Positions 21,620-31,215 of a stretch of DNA of 64,000 nucleotides are shown here, piece by piece (the stretch's first letter is position 1; every line of letters starts with the position of its first letter). This stretch comes from Spirochaetaceae bacterium (GTDB lineage: Bacteria > Spirochaetota > Spirochaetia > DSM-2461). Made by a program: the position numbers and the translations under genes. The notes under the pieces are model-generated. The model did no database searches. It saw nothing but the letters and a program-made list of their open reading frames with translations, and was not told the origin of the DNA. The stretch covers positions 57,938-121,937 of the forward strand of contig JAOPTT010000002.1 of NCBI GenBank assembly GCA_051531975.1. The letters run 5' to 3'.

Positions 21620-22315
21620 TTATTTCTCCTTTTCAACCCACAAATGATGAATATATTCTTTTTTCACTTCTAAAAAACCATTTTTTTCATAAAAGTTGCA
21701 TGCGGCTTTATTATTTCCTTGAGTTACCACTTCAACATGAACAATACCTTTACTTATAAAATATTCAAAAGATTTGTTTAATAAATCTCTAGCAATGCCA
21801 TAACCTCTCCATTGTTCATCAATTGCTAATAACCCAATTACTCCTTCTTTATCTTTTGCTTTAAGAGTAATAAAACCAACAATAATTGATTTTATTTTTA
21901 CAACATATACAATATCTGCCAATACTTTATTTATAGATTTTAAAAACCATTGCTTGTACATCTCATAATATTTTTCATTAGATATGTTAGAATCTAAATA
22001 GAAACGAGAATAAACACCACTTTGATAAACTAAAGGCAATATACTCTCATTATAGTTGCTGATACCATATTCTTCAACATTTGAGTTTAGGGTTGATTTT
22101 GTGGGTAATAAAAGTCTTTTATAAGTTATCTTTATATCATTTGTTATTACATCTGCCCCGAATGGAAAGTTAGAATATAAATAAAGAAGCTGAACTCTAT
22201 TAATAATTGCATTTGATAAAATTAATGAATAGCTTTTTTGGTCAGTTAATTCTTCTTGTGCAACTTTCATACCAAAAAAATCACTATCCCATTCCAGAAT
22301 ATTCATTATAATCAC
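21620..22315 (-). CDS. wecD: dTDP-fucosamine N-acetyltransferase (GNAT)
   Basis: LEWDSDFFG, YSRF..D, RGYGIA, VVTQ..N..A..FYEKNGF; adjacent to wecE. Confidence 0.82.
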   Translation of the reverse strand: MIIMNILEWDSDFFGMKVAQEELTDQKSYSLILSNAIINRVQLLYLYSNFPFGADVITNDIKITYKRLLLPTKSTLNSNVEEYGISNYNESILPLVYQSGVYSRFYLDSNISNEKYYEMYKQWFLKSINKVLADIVYVVKIKSIIVGFITLKAKDKEGVIGLLAIDEQWRGYGIARDLLNKSFEYFISKGIVHVEVVTQGNNKAACNFYEKNGFLEVKKEYIHHLWVEKEK

Positions 22316-22404
22316 CTCTTTAATTTTATATTATTTTTCTCATATATATTTTCATAGTATCTCTAATAACCAGTAGAAGCTATTCCATAAAATACACTTT
22401 CTTT

Positions 22405-23331
22405 TTATATATTATCCAAATACCAATTATAGACTCTTTTTATACCATCTTTAAGATTAATTTCATGCTTCCAGTTTGTTCCGTGTAGCAATGAGACATC
22501 TAATAATTTTCTTGGGGTTCCATCGGGTTTACTTGTATCATTAATGATCTTCCCTTGATAACCAACAACTTTTTTGATTATTTCGGCTAATTCTCTAATT
22601 TCTACATCTTCACCAGTTCCGACATTAACATGAATCTCAGCTGAGTATGTTTTAATTAAATGAATGCAAGCGTCTGAAAGGTCATCAACATAAAGAAACT
22701 CTCTTTTAGGTTTACCAGTTCCCCACATTACGACTACAGGTGTTTTATTAATTTTTGCTTCATGAAACTTTCTAATCAGGGCAGGTAAAACATGAGATGT
22801 TTCAAGATCAAAATTATCATTTATACCATAAAGATTAGTAGGCATTGCAGATATAAAATCACATCCATACTGCTTTCTATAGAACTTACATAATTCTATA
22901 CCCGTAATTTTTGCAACAGCATATGCCTCGTTTGTTTTCTCTAGTAGCCCAGTTAACAAAGACTCTTCCTTTATAGGCTGTTCAGCAAATTTAGGGTAAA
23001 TACACGAACTTCCTAAAAAGAGTAACTTTGTAACTTTATTTAAGTAGGAAGCATGAATAACATTAGCTTCTATCATTAGGTTATCATATAAAAACTCAGC
23101 AGGATATGTATCATTAGCATATATACCACCGACTTTAGCTGCGGCTAAAATAACATAATCGGGTTTTTCTTCCTCAAAAAAAATATTTACAGCTGCTTGA
23201 TTCCTTAAATCCAACTCTTTTGAACTTCTAAAAACAAGATTATCGTACCCTTGTGCCTTAAGTCCACGAACTAATGCAGAACCAACCATACCATTGTGCC
23301 CTGCTATATATATTTTACTATTAAAATCCAT
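22405..23331 (-). CDS. fcl: GDP-L-fucose synthase
   Basis: [44 protein letters not shown]. Confidence 0.96.
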   Translation of the reverse strand: MDFNSKIYIAGHNGMVGSALVRGLKAQGYDNLVFRSSKELDLRNQAAVNIFFEEEKPDYVILAAAKVGGIYANDTYPAEFLYDNLMIEANVIHASYLNKVTKLLFLGSSCIYPKFAEQPIKEESLLTGLLEKTNEAYAVAKITGIELCKFYRKQYGCDFISAMPTNLYGINDNFDLETSHVLPALIRKFHEAKINKTPVVVMWGTGKPKREFLYVDDLSDACIHLIKTYSAEIHVNVGTGEDVEIRELAEIIKKVVGYQGKIINDTSKPDGTPRKLLDVSLLHGTNWKHEINLKDGIKRVYNWYLDNI

Positions 23332-23346
23332 TTTTTTTCCTAATTC

Positions 23347-24426
23347 TTAATCGAAGTTCTTTTTTATAGTCTCTTCTTTCTTCGCGAGTTTTAAATCAGA
23401 AGTAACCATTATCTTAACTAATTCATCAAAAGATGTAGCTGTTGGGTTCCAACCAAGTACATCTCTTGCTTTTGATGGGTCACCTAGTAGTTGCTCAACT
23501 TCAGTTGGTCTAAAGTATTTAGGATCTACTTCCACTAAAATCTTACCAGTTTTGATATCAATTCCCTTTTCATCAACACCTTTTCCTTCCCATTTTAATT
23601 CTATACCAGCTTCTTTAAAGGCTGAAGTTACAAATTTTCTAACAGTATGCATTTCTCCAGTCGCTATTACAAAATCTTCAGGTTTATCATGTTGCAACAT
23701 TAACCACATACATTCTACATAATCTTTTGCATAACCCCAATCTCTTTGGGCATCCATATTTCCTAAATAAAGTTTATCTTGCTTACCTAATGAGATTCTT
23801 GCAACTGCTAAAGTAATCTTACGTGTTACAAAAGTTTCACCACGTCTTTCTGACTCATGATTAAAAAGAATACCATTTACAGCAAACATATTGTATGCTT
23901 CTCGGTAATTTTTAGTTATCCAAAAACCATACATTTTTGCCACAGCATATGGACTTCGCGGATAAAAAGGAGTTGTTTCGGATTGAGGGACCTCTTGAAC
24001 TTTACCATAAAGCTCTGATGTAGATGCTTGGTAAATTCTGGTTTTCTTTTCAAAACCTAAAAACCTCACAGCTTCTAGCAATCTCAAAGTACCAATACCA
24101 TCGGTATCAGCCGTATATTCAGGAACCTCAAAGGATACTTGAACATGTGATTGGGCAGCCAAATTATATATCTCATCTGGTTCTATTTCTCTAATAAGTC
24201 TAATTAAGTTAGTAGAATCAGTCATATCACCATAATGCAATTGAACTTTTCTTTTACCATGCATATCTTTAATAAGTTCATCTATATATAAGTGTTCAAT
24301 TCTACCAGTATTAAAACTTGAACTTCTTCTAATAATTCCATGAACCTCATACCCCTTCTCCAACAGAAATTCTGCTAGATATGAACCATCCTGACCTGTG
24401 ATACCTGTAATTAACACTACCTTCAT
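23347..24426 (-). CDS. gmd: GDP-mannose 4,6-dehydratase
   Basis: [41 protein letters not shown]. Confidence 0.97.
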   Translation of the reverse strand: MKVVLITGITGQDGSYLAEFLLEKGYEVHGIIRRSSSFNTGRIEHLYIDELIKDMHGKRKVQLHYGDMTDSTNLIRLIREIEPDEIYNLAAQSHVQVSFEVPEYTADTDGIGTLRLLEAVRFLGFEKKTRIYQASTSELYGKVQEVPQSETTPFYPRSPYAVAKMYGFWITKNYREAYNMFAVNGILFNHESERRGETFVTRKITLAVARISLGKQDKLYLGNMDAQRDWGYAKDYVECMWLMLQHDKPEDFVIATGEMHTVRKFVTSAFKEAGIELKWEGKGVDEKGIDIKTGKILVEVDPKYFRPTEVEQLLGDPSKARDVLGWNPTATSFDELVKIMVTSDLKLAKKEETIKKNFD

Positions 24427-24438
24427 TTACTATCCTCT

Positions 24439-24939
24439 CTAAAATGTGGCTGTTACTAAATACGAGTCTAAAACTTCTATATTTAATTCATCAGCATATA
24501 TATTTTTAGTTTCTTTATTATTAATTTCTTTTCTATCTGTTGTTAGCACGATGTTATTAATCCCACAACTATATTCTAATAAAAACAAGAGATCACTATC
24601 CCCAATAAGATTTATAGATGTATAATTTTCTTCTTTTAGGTTTTTTACAATTATATTTATTGATTCGTTAAAAACAATTACGTTTTTAATAGTACTTTTT
24701 AAGAAATCACTTCCCCTTTTTTTTATAGCGGATAATCCTTTTATGGTCAAAAGATACCTAATATGTTTAGGAGATATTTGCTTTGTTTTTAAAAGCCCTT
24801 TATCTATCATTTTTTTAATTATAGTGTTTGTCATACCTAGAGATACACCAGCTATTTTTGCAATATCTCGTTGTCTAATAGTATCTTGACCATCTTTAAT
24901 AGATTTTAATATTAGGTATTCTCTCTCTTCTTTTGTCAT
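24439..24939 (-). CDS. Winged-helix (MarR-like, EPS-locus-associated) transcriptional regulator
   Basis: QRDIA...GVSLGMTN, YLLT.KG. Confidence 0.85.
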   Translation of the reverse strand: MTKEEREYLILKSIKDGQDTIRQRDIAKIAGVSLGMTNTIIKKMIDKGLLKTKQISPKHIRYLLTIKGLSAIKKRGSDFLKSTIKNVIVFNESINIIVKNLKEENYTSINLIGDSDLLFLLEYSCGINNIVLTTDRKEINNKETKNIYADELNIEVLDSYLVTATF

Positions 24940-25043
24940 TATATCTTCTCATTCGGACGTTTCTATTCCATTAACACTTAAATTGTGAATTGTATAATTA
25001 TTATGGAATATCGCCCTGTAGCCGTAACATACTAGAGTAATTA

Positions 25044-25059
25044 TGTTCAATATTGAACA
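25044..25059. promoter_or_regulatory. Perfect 16-bp palindrome TGTTCAATATTGAACA, candidate operator of the adjacent wHTH regulator
   Basis: The palindrome is read directly; it lies immediately after the loaP stop and upstream of the regulator/gmd operon. The operator role is inferred. Confidence 0.6.
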
Positions 25060-25581
25060 CTATACATTGGATTCTAAATCTTGAAAAGAGAAATCTATTG
25101 TATGAGACTTATTATAAATTGATAATTGCACTTTTGCTCTTTTTTTACGTTTATCTACTTTTATAATTTTTCCTTCGAATTCCTTTAAGGGACCGTCTTT
25201 TACAACTATTTTATCATTTTTATTAAAAAAAACTGTTGAAACTGTAGCTTTATACCCTCCAGTTAAAAAATTTCCCAATAGCTCTACATCCTGCTCTCTT
25301 AATGGAATAATATCCTTATTTGAATTAAGGAATTTATAGAAACCTTTGATAGTTTTTATTTTGTATAACAATTCTGGTGTTATATATTTTACTTCAAGAA
25401 ATAAATATCCGTTAAACATTGGGCATGTTTTTAATTTGGTGTGACCATTTTTCTTTATATAAAGTTCTCTTGTTGGTAAAAGTACAGTTATTTGATTATC
25501 AAGTAAACATTCTATTTCATTCCTTATATTAACTTCTTTTCCACTCTCTACAAGCAGTACATAGTAGTTCTGTTTATTCAT
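25060..25581 (-). CDS. loaP: NusG-paralogue transcription antiterminator (LoaP-type)
   Basis: NGN domain (YYVL.V.SGKE, PMFNGYLF) and KOW (GPLKEFEGKIIKVDKRKKRAKV) with a basic RKKR patch. Confidence 0.8.
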   Translation of the reverse strand: MNKQNYYVLLVESGKEVNIRNEIECLLDNQITVLLPTRELYIKKNGHTKLKTCPMFNGYLFLEVKYITPELLYKIKTIKGFYKFLNSNKDIIPLREQDVELLGNFLTGGYKATVSTVFFNKNDKIVVKDGPLKEFEGKIIKVDKRKKRAKVQLSIYNKSHTIDFSFQDLESNV

Positions 25582-25588
25582 ATTATAT

Positions 25589-25638
25589 ATTTTATACTAC
25601 TTTTAAATATTTACAAAAGGATAGATTTAAACTATTTT
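25589..25638. promoter_or_regulatory. Back-to-back sigma70-type promoters for loaP (-) and the wzz-like gene (+)
   Basis: +: TTTACA(25610-15)-17-TATTTT(25633-38); -: TTGTAA(25616-11)-16-TAAAAT(25594-89). Confidence 0.5.
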
Positions 25639-25644
25639 ATTTGT

Positions 25645-26862
25645 ATGTCTGAAAATGAAGCGATAAAAGAACAAGAAATTGACTTACTGAAATTAGTAAG
25701 TATATTACTCAAGAATATAAAATACGTTGTAATAATAACATCATTATTTATGATAGGAATTGTAATAATATCAGTAATGAGCATAAAACTTCCACCAGAA
25801 AAAAGTTTTTCACCAAATTTTTTCTCACCAACTACAACTGTAATGTTAAATAATAGTAGTAGCAGTGGTGGACTTGATTCTTTGCTTAGTAACTCAGGAA
25901 TGGGTGCCCTTGCAGGTTTAGCTGGATTATCCGGAGGGGGAAGTGAAGTCACTGACGCATCCTTAGCAAAAAAGTTGATTACAACTAATCGATTTATAAA
26001 TAAAATATCGGATGAGTTTAATTTAGCAGTAATATATAAGATTACTGATGTAGAATATCCCAAGACGACTTTAAAAAATATAATATTAGCAAAATTAAAA
26101 ATAAGTGAAGAAAGTGATACAGGTATGTTGTCTATATCATATACTGATATAGATAAATACTTAGCTACAAAAATTGTGAATGGTGTAACTGAATTATTAG
26201 AAGAACAATTTGCAGAAATTGATACGATTAGAAACGAAGATCAGTTTTCAGTTATTACTGAGAAAATTAGCAATGTTAAAGCTGAACTTTATAGATTACA
26301 AAATGAGATAATTAAATTTCAAACTAAAAATAATATTATGGATGTTGGGTTAGTATCTGCTGCTTTATTAGGGCAAATGTCTGATTTTCAATCCCAATTA
26401 TTACAAAAAGAGGTAGCTATTGAGAGTTATGGGGCTACATCTGCAGTTAAAGATCCAGGATACATTAGGTTAATTAATGAAAGAGACGCAATTTTAAATG
26501 CTTTACAAAAGCTTGAAAATGGTGAAGTAGGAAATTATCCTCCTGTTAAGGATTTACCTAAACTTGCACTTGAACTAAAGAAGTTAGAATTGGAAGCAGG
26601 AGTTCAGTTGGCTGGTTATACTGCTTTGGTTCAACAGTCAGAAACATTAAAAATTACAGCAGAAGGAACAGGTTCAACTTTTCAGGTACTTGAGTTAGCA
26701 GAAGTTCCAGAGATGAAGAGTGGCCCCGGTCGTGCTAAATCATGCATTATAGTTACTTTTGTTGGGTTCTTTTGTAGTATATTTTTTGTATTCTTAAAAG
26801 AAGTTTGGCTAAATATTAAAAATGATCCAGAGAAGATGAAGAAATTAAGAGGTGAAGTATAA
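25645..26862 (+). CDS. Polysaccharide co-polymerase (Wzz/GumC-like chain-length determinant, no kinase domain)
   Basis: EIDLL N-terminus, two TM helices flanking a coiled coil, QVLELAEVPE.KSGP.R. Confidence 0.85.
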   Translation: MSENEAIKEQEIDLLKLVSILLKNIKYVVIITSLFMIGIVIISVMSIKLPPEKSFSPNFFSPTTTVMLNNSSSSGGLDSLLSNSGMGALAGLAGLSGGGSEVTDASLAKKLITTNRFINKISDEFNLAVIYKITDVEYPKTTLKNIILAKLKISEESDTGMLSISYTDIDKYLATKIVNGVTELLEEQFAEIDTIRNEDQFSVITEKISNVKAELYRLQNEIIKFQTKNNIMDVGLVSAALLGQMSDFQSQLLQKEVAIESYGATSAVKDPGYIRLINERDAILNALQKLENGEVGNYPPVKDLPKLALELKKLELEAGVQLAGYTALVQQSETLKITAEGTGSTFQVLELAEVPEMKSGPGRAKSCIIVTFVGFFCSIFFVFLKEVWLNIKNDPEKMKKLRGEV

Positions 26863-28313
26863 TGAAAAAGTTTATTGGAATTGTACTGTTTGTTTTTATG
26901 TTTGTTTCTTTATCATTAGTTTATAGTGTTGATGTTGAACAGGTTATTGTTAACCAGTACCCTGATTACCCTGCAACACCTGGAGATGTTTATGAGATAG
27001 CATTTTCTAGAGCTGGTAGTGTTGCGATGACTATGATGAACGGGTTTGTTGATAACGATTATATTATTGATTTATCCTTTTTAGGAACTGTTAATGTCCG
27101 AGGATTAACCTATGTAGAGATACAGGATGTACTACGGACTAAATTTACTAAAGCTTATCCAGGGTCCTTGGTTAATGTATCAATTAAAGTACCTGGAAAG
27201 TTTAAAGTTACCCTAATTGGAGAGGTTAAATCATCTGAAATTATAGAGGTGAACAGCCTAACAACTCTTGCTTTGGTTTCTGTAGGTAAGACTACGGCTT
27301 ATGCTGATTATAGAGCGGTAGAAGTAAGTTCTGAGGATGGAACTGTTAAAAGTTACGACCTGTTTAAATATAGTAGATTTGCTGATTTAAGGAATAACCC
27401 TTTCTTGAGACCAAACGATGTAATTACATATAGACCATATAATAAGATGGTTACAATATCTGGTCAGGTTAAGAGACCTGGAGTTTACCAGTTATTGGAT
27501 ACAGATACTTTAGATACTGTTATTAACCTATATTCAGACGGTTTTACTAAGCTTGCAGAGACCTCTAATATCTCTATAAAAAGAACATTAGAAGCTGATG
27601 GTTCTTACCAGGATACTACACTTTATATTGATGCTGTTAAGCAGAATCTGTCTATTATTAAACTAAGTGATTACGATGTTATTAATATTGAAAACAGAGT
27701 GCAATATAACCCTAAAGTTGTAGTACAAGGTGCTATAACAACTACAGAAGGTGGTGCAACTGTTGGTAGTACTGTTTCTAATAAACTACCTGTTGTTATT
27801 ACATCTGGTAGTAAAGTTTCTACTGTAATAAGCCAGATGGATGGAAGTTTTAATTTAACTTCAGACTTAGAAAATGCTTTTATTTTAAGGGGAACAGAGA
27901 GAATATTAGTCGATATTTCTGATGTTTTAAATAACCCTGCTAGTGAATATAATGTTGAAGTAAAAGATAAGGACATGATTGTTATACCATTTAGACAGTT
28001 ACACGTTTACGTTGCTGGGTCTGTAAATAGTGCTAAGGCTGTCCCTTTTATTGAGGATAGAACTGCAAATTATTACATTGGAATTGCTGGTGGTGTAAAT
28101 AAAACAGAGAACCTATTTGGTAGTTATTCTGTTAAAGATATGTATGGAAATAAGTTAAAAGATGATGTTATTATTAGCCCAGAGGATCTAATTTGGGTAT
28201 CTAGAAACCATCCAATGTCGTATATAACAGAATATGGTGGTTGGTTAATTACTGTGGCCGCAATTTTAACTGCTGCACAGAGTGTTGATACAATAATTGA
28301 AGCACTTCAATAG
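26862..28313 (+). CDS. Polysaccharide export protein with SLBB repeats (Wza/KpsD-like)
   Basis: Signal peptide, Y..TPGD, V.I.GEV, GQVKRPGVY, VYVAGSV...YYI..AGG. Confidence 0.85.
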   Translation: MKKFIGIVLFVFMFVSLSLVYSVDVEQVIVNQYPDYPATPGDVYEIAFSRAGSVAMTMMNGFVDNDYIIDLSFLGTVNVRGLTYVEIQDVLRTKFTKAYPGSLVNVSIKVPGKFKVTLIGEVKSSEIIEVNSLTTLALVSVGKTTAYADYRAVEVSSEDGTVKSYDLFKYSRFADLRNNPFLRPNDVITYRPYNKMVTISGQVKRPGVYQLLDTDTLDTVINLYSDGFTKLAETSNISIKRTLEADGSYQDTTLYIDAVKQNLSIIKLSDYDVINIENRVQYNPKVVVQGAITTTEGGATVGSTVSNKLPVVITSGSKVSTVISQMDGSFNLTSDLENAFILRGTERILVDISDVLNNPASEYNVEVKDKDMIVIPFRQLHVYVAGSVNSAKAVPFIEDRTANYYIGIAGGVNKTENLFGSYSVKDMYGNKLKDDVIISPEDLIWVSRNHPMSYITEYGGWLITVAAILTAAQSVDTIIEALQ

Positions 28314-28316
28314 ATA

Positions 28317-28345
28317 GTTGGTGCTAGTTATCTGCTAGCACCTAC
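28317..28345. terminator. Hairpin between the convergent export gene and rpn gene
   Basis: GGTGCTAG-7nt-CTAGCACC; no clean U-tract. Confidence 0.5.
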
Positions 28346-28349
28346 AAAA

Positions 28350-29201
28350 TTATTTATTTTTCGAAACCTTAATAGATTTAACTTCCTGTACAGTTAATTT
28401 GGTAGTTTTTGCAATAAGTTCTACAGGTAAATTTTCTTTTAACAATTCTAAGGCTATAAGTTCTTTTTCTTGTTCTCGACCTTGTTTTAATCCTTTTTCG
28501 ATACCTTGTTCCACTGATGACTTCTGGATATAATTATACTCTTTTCTTTTATGCTGGATTTCTAGTTCATCCTCGGTTAAACCAGCCTCATTAACACTAT
28601 CTAAAGCCTGAATTACAGTTGGATCAAAATTAGTGGGAACATATTCTAAACTACCAGCATTTTTTAAAAAATATATCCATTGATCTTTAATATCTTCTAA
28701 ATCATCTAATTGATTTGTAAATTTAGGTAGTTCAATAAAAATAAGTTCTATATCGTCAGAGTAACTAATAAAGGACTCTTTTTCTAATAGTTTAAATCTA
28801 TTAATAACCTCTATTGATTCTGGAAACATTTCAAAATCAACAATTGTTAAAGCGATAACAGGGTTTAATAGAGTATACTCATCCTTTCTTTTTAGTTGAA
28901 TAGAGTAATTTTTTGCAGCATTATAAAGTATTCGTTTCTCAAAGCCCTGATGGTTTAGAACCTGCATCTCGATAATAACTTTAGAATTATCATCTAGTAC
29001 TGCTTTTACATCTACGAAAGAATCTTTCATACCTTGTAACATAGGAATATTATATGGGTCTACAATTTCTAAATCTTTTATTTGTCTATTATTAGGAAAA
29101 TCAACTATTGAATTTAAAAAACTAATTAATATTCTTTTATTCTCTACACTTCCAAAAACTTTTTTAAAAGCAAAATCTGTTTTAACATCTAAAAAATACA
29201 T
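28350..29201 (-). CDS. Rpn-family recombination-promoting nuclease / PD-(D/E)XK putative transposase
   Basis: DFAFKKVFG, VDV....D...IIEMQ, IELPKF, QWIYFL, EQGIEKGLKQGRE repeats, C-terminal HTH-like tail. Confidence 0.92.
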   Translation of the reverse strand: MYFLDVKTDFAFKKVFGSVENKRILISFLNSIVDFPNNRQIKDLEIVDPYNIPMLQGMKDSFVDVKAVLDDNSKVIIEMQVLNHQGFEKRILYNAAKNYSIQLKRKDEYTLLNPVIALTIVDFEMFPESIEVINRFKLLEKESFISYSDDIELIFIELPKFTNQLDDLEDIKDQWIYFLKNAGSLEYVPTNFDPTVIQALDSVNEAGLTEDELEIQHKRKEYNYIQKSSVEQGIEKGLKQGREQEKELIALELLKENLPVELIAKTTKLTVQEVKSIKVSKNK

Positions 29202-29265
29202 AAAGCCTCCTATATTGATATATGAATAAACTAAATATAAATTCAGATTATATGCTAATAATTTA

Positions 29266-31215
29266 TTATAGCAGTGATATCGGGTCGACGTCTATCTCAA
29301 TGTAGATGTAGGCCGGTTTCTTAGTCTGCTCCAGGTGGGCATATGTTAGGCCGTGGGTTTTGTTTAAGTTATTGGTTCTTATTAGGATCTGGTGACGGTA
29401 GTTTCCTGCAATTATACTTAATGGGCACTCGGAAGGACCTAGAAGTTCTGCAGTGTTATTTAATTTAGGTTCTAAATCTTTAGCAAACTGGTTTATAAAT
29501 GTTAGGAGTTCTCCAAGTCTTTTAGACCTAAAAACTAATCTTATCATTCTAGTATATGGGGGGAACTCTAACAGTTCCCGTGTTTGTAACTCTTCAGTAT
29601 AAAAGGTTTGTAAGTCGTTTTTAGCAGCTAATGTTATGGCTCTGTTCTCTGGCATGTAAGTTTGTATAACTACTTCACCATCTGGGGCGTATCGCCCTGC
29701 TCTTCCTGCTACCTGGACTATTAGACCAAAGGAACGCTCCCCTGCCCTAAAGTCCGGCATTTTAAGGCCTGTATCCGCCATTATAATCCCAACAAGCTTA
29801 ACACCTGGGAAGTTTAGACCCCGGGCTACCATCTGAGTACCTAATAACAGATCAATTTTACCCTTCTGGAAACTGTTTAAAGTCTTTTTTAATATGCCCT
29901 TTTTAGTAATAGTATCACTATCTAACCGGGCTATTGTAAATGTAGGGAAGAGTTTTTCTACCTCCTCCTCTATATGCTCAGTTCCAAAACCACTGGAACC
30001 AATATCTAAACTTTTACAATCTGGGCATACTTTTATAGGGTAAGTCTGGAATCCACAGTAGTGGCAAACCATTCTGTTTTTATTTTTATGATAGGTTAGT
30101 GATACTGAACAGTTCCTGCATACCATCTCGTACCCACAACTATTACAGTGGAAGAAGTAGGAGAAGCCACGTCTATTTAAAAACAGGATTGTCTGCCTTC
30201 CCTCATCATGTGTCTGGTTTATTTTATCAACTAATGTCTTGCTTAAAACATGTTTCTCCCGTTTCATATCTACAATTGTAGCTTTTGGCATGGCACCACC
30301 AGATAACCTTTTAGATAGAGTGAGTTTTTTGATTATTCCATCTTCCATCAGTTTCCATGACTCAACCGATGGCGTTGCACTACCTAAAACAAGTTTAGCA
30401 TTTTGCATTTTAGCTCTTTTCATAGCAACCTGCCGTGCAGAATACCTTGGAGTATTAGAGGATTTATAAGAGTTCTCGTGCTCTTCGTCTATAATAATTA
30501 GACCAAGGTTACTACAGGGAGCAAATATTGCACTTCTAGCACCAATTATTAGTGGAGCTTCCCCACTTTGTATCCGACGCCACTCTGTTAACCTTTGGGA
30601 TGGTGTTAAATGAGAGTGAAGAATTGCTACACCCTGGGTGAACCTGGATTTTAATGTATCTACAACCTGATGGGTTAGAGATATCTCAGGTACCAGATAT
30701 ATTACCGATTGTCCTAACTCTAAAACCTGCTTTGCTGCCTGTAAAAAGACCTCAGTCTTCCCACTTCCTGTTATTCCATAGAGATAAAATATAGATTCTT
30801 TGTCATTAATTATGGCATCTATTGCTGTTTTTTGTTCATCGGATAATATTATATTTTTAGGGTCAGGAATGTCCTCTATTGCTAGATCAGGCAGACCTTT
30901 CTCTCTCTTTCCCCCAGGTAACATGGTACTTAGGGCCTCCCCTACACTGCACATTGTAAAATCTGCAACCCAGCTAGCTAACTTTAGGGTAATATCGTCG
31001 TATAAAGGTTCTTTATCAATAACTCTAATTATAGGGTTTGCCTTAAATTCTGTAGGTTCATTATCTGTCTTACCTATTACAAAACCAATTAGTTTTCGTC
31101 TACCTAACATAACTTCTACTCTAAAACCTAGATCTGTCTTATTATCCTCTAGGTCTTTATAGGTATAGGTCGCTTTTACTGGAATATTAAAAACAACCAG
31201 TAGGTAATTATCCAT
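29266..31215 (-). CDS. priA: Primosomal protein N' (replication restart helicase)
   Basis: GITGSGKTE, DEEH, NRRG, four CxxC pairs, QVAGRAGR. Confidence 0.97.
   Translation of the reverse strand: MDNYLLVVFNIPVKATYTYKDLEDNKTDLGFRVEVMLGRRKLIGFVIGKTDNEPTEFKANPIIRVIDKEPLYDDITLKLASWVADFTMCSVGEALSTMLPGGKREKGLPDLAIEDIPDPKNIILSDEQKTAIDAIINDKESIFYLYGITGSGKTEVFLQAAKQVLELGQSVIYLVPEISLTHQVVDTLKSRFTQGVAILHSHLTPSQRLTEWRRIQSGEAPLIIGARSAIFAPCSNLGLIIIDEEHENSYKSSNTPRYSARQVAMKRAKMQNAKLVLGSATPSVESWKLMEDGIIKKLTLSKRLSGGAMPKATIVDMKREKHVLSKTLVDKINQTHDEGRQTILFLNRRGFSYFFHCNSCGYEMVCRNCSVSLTYHKNKNRMVCHYCGFQTYPIKVCPDCKSLDIGSSGFGTEHIEEEVEKLFPTFTIARLDSDTITKKGILKKTLNSFQKGKIDLLLGTQMVARGLNFPGVKLVGIIMADTGLKMPDFRAGERSFGLIVQVAGRAGRYAPDGEVVIQTYMPENRAITLAAKNDLQTFYTEELQTRELLEFPPYTRMIRLVFRSKRLGELLTFINQFAKDLEPKLNNTAELLGPSECPLSIIAGNYRHQILIRTNNLNKTHGLTYAHLEQTKKPAYIYIEIDVDPISLL

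Noticed and set aside
28350..29201. Rpn gene as an insertion sequence
   Set aside because: No inverted repeats or target duplication seen; the family's 'transposase' label is not evidence of an IS.
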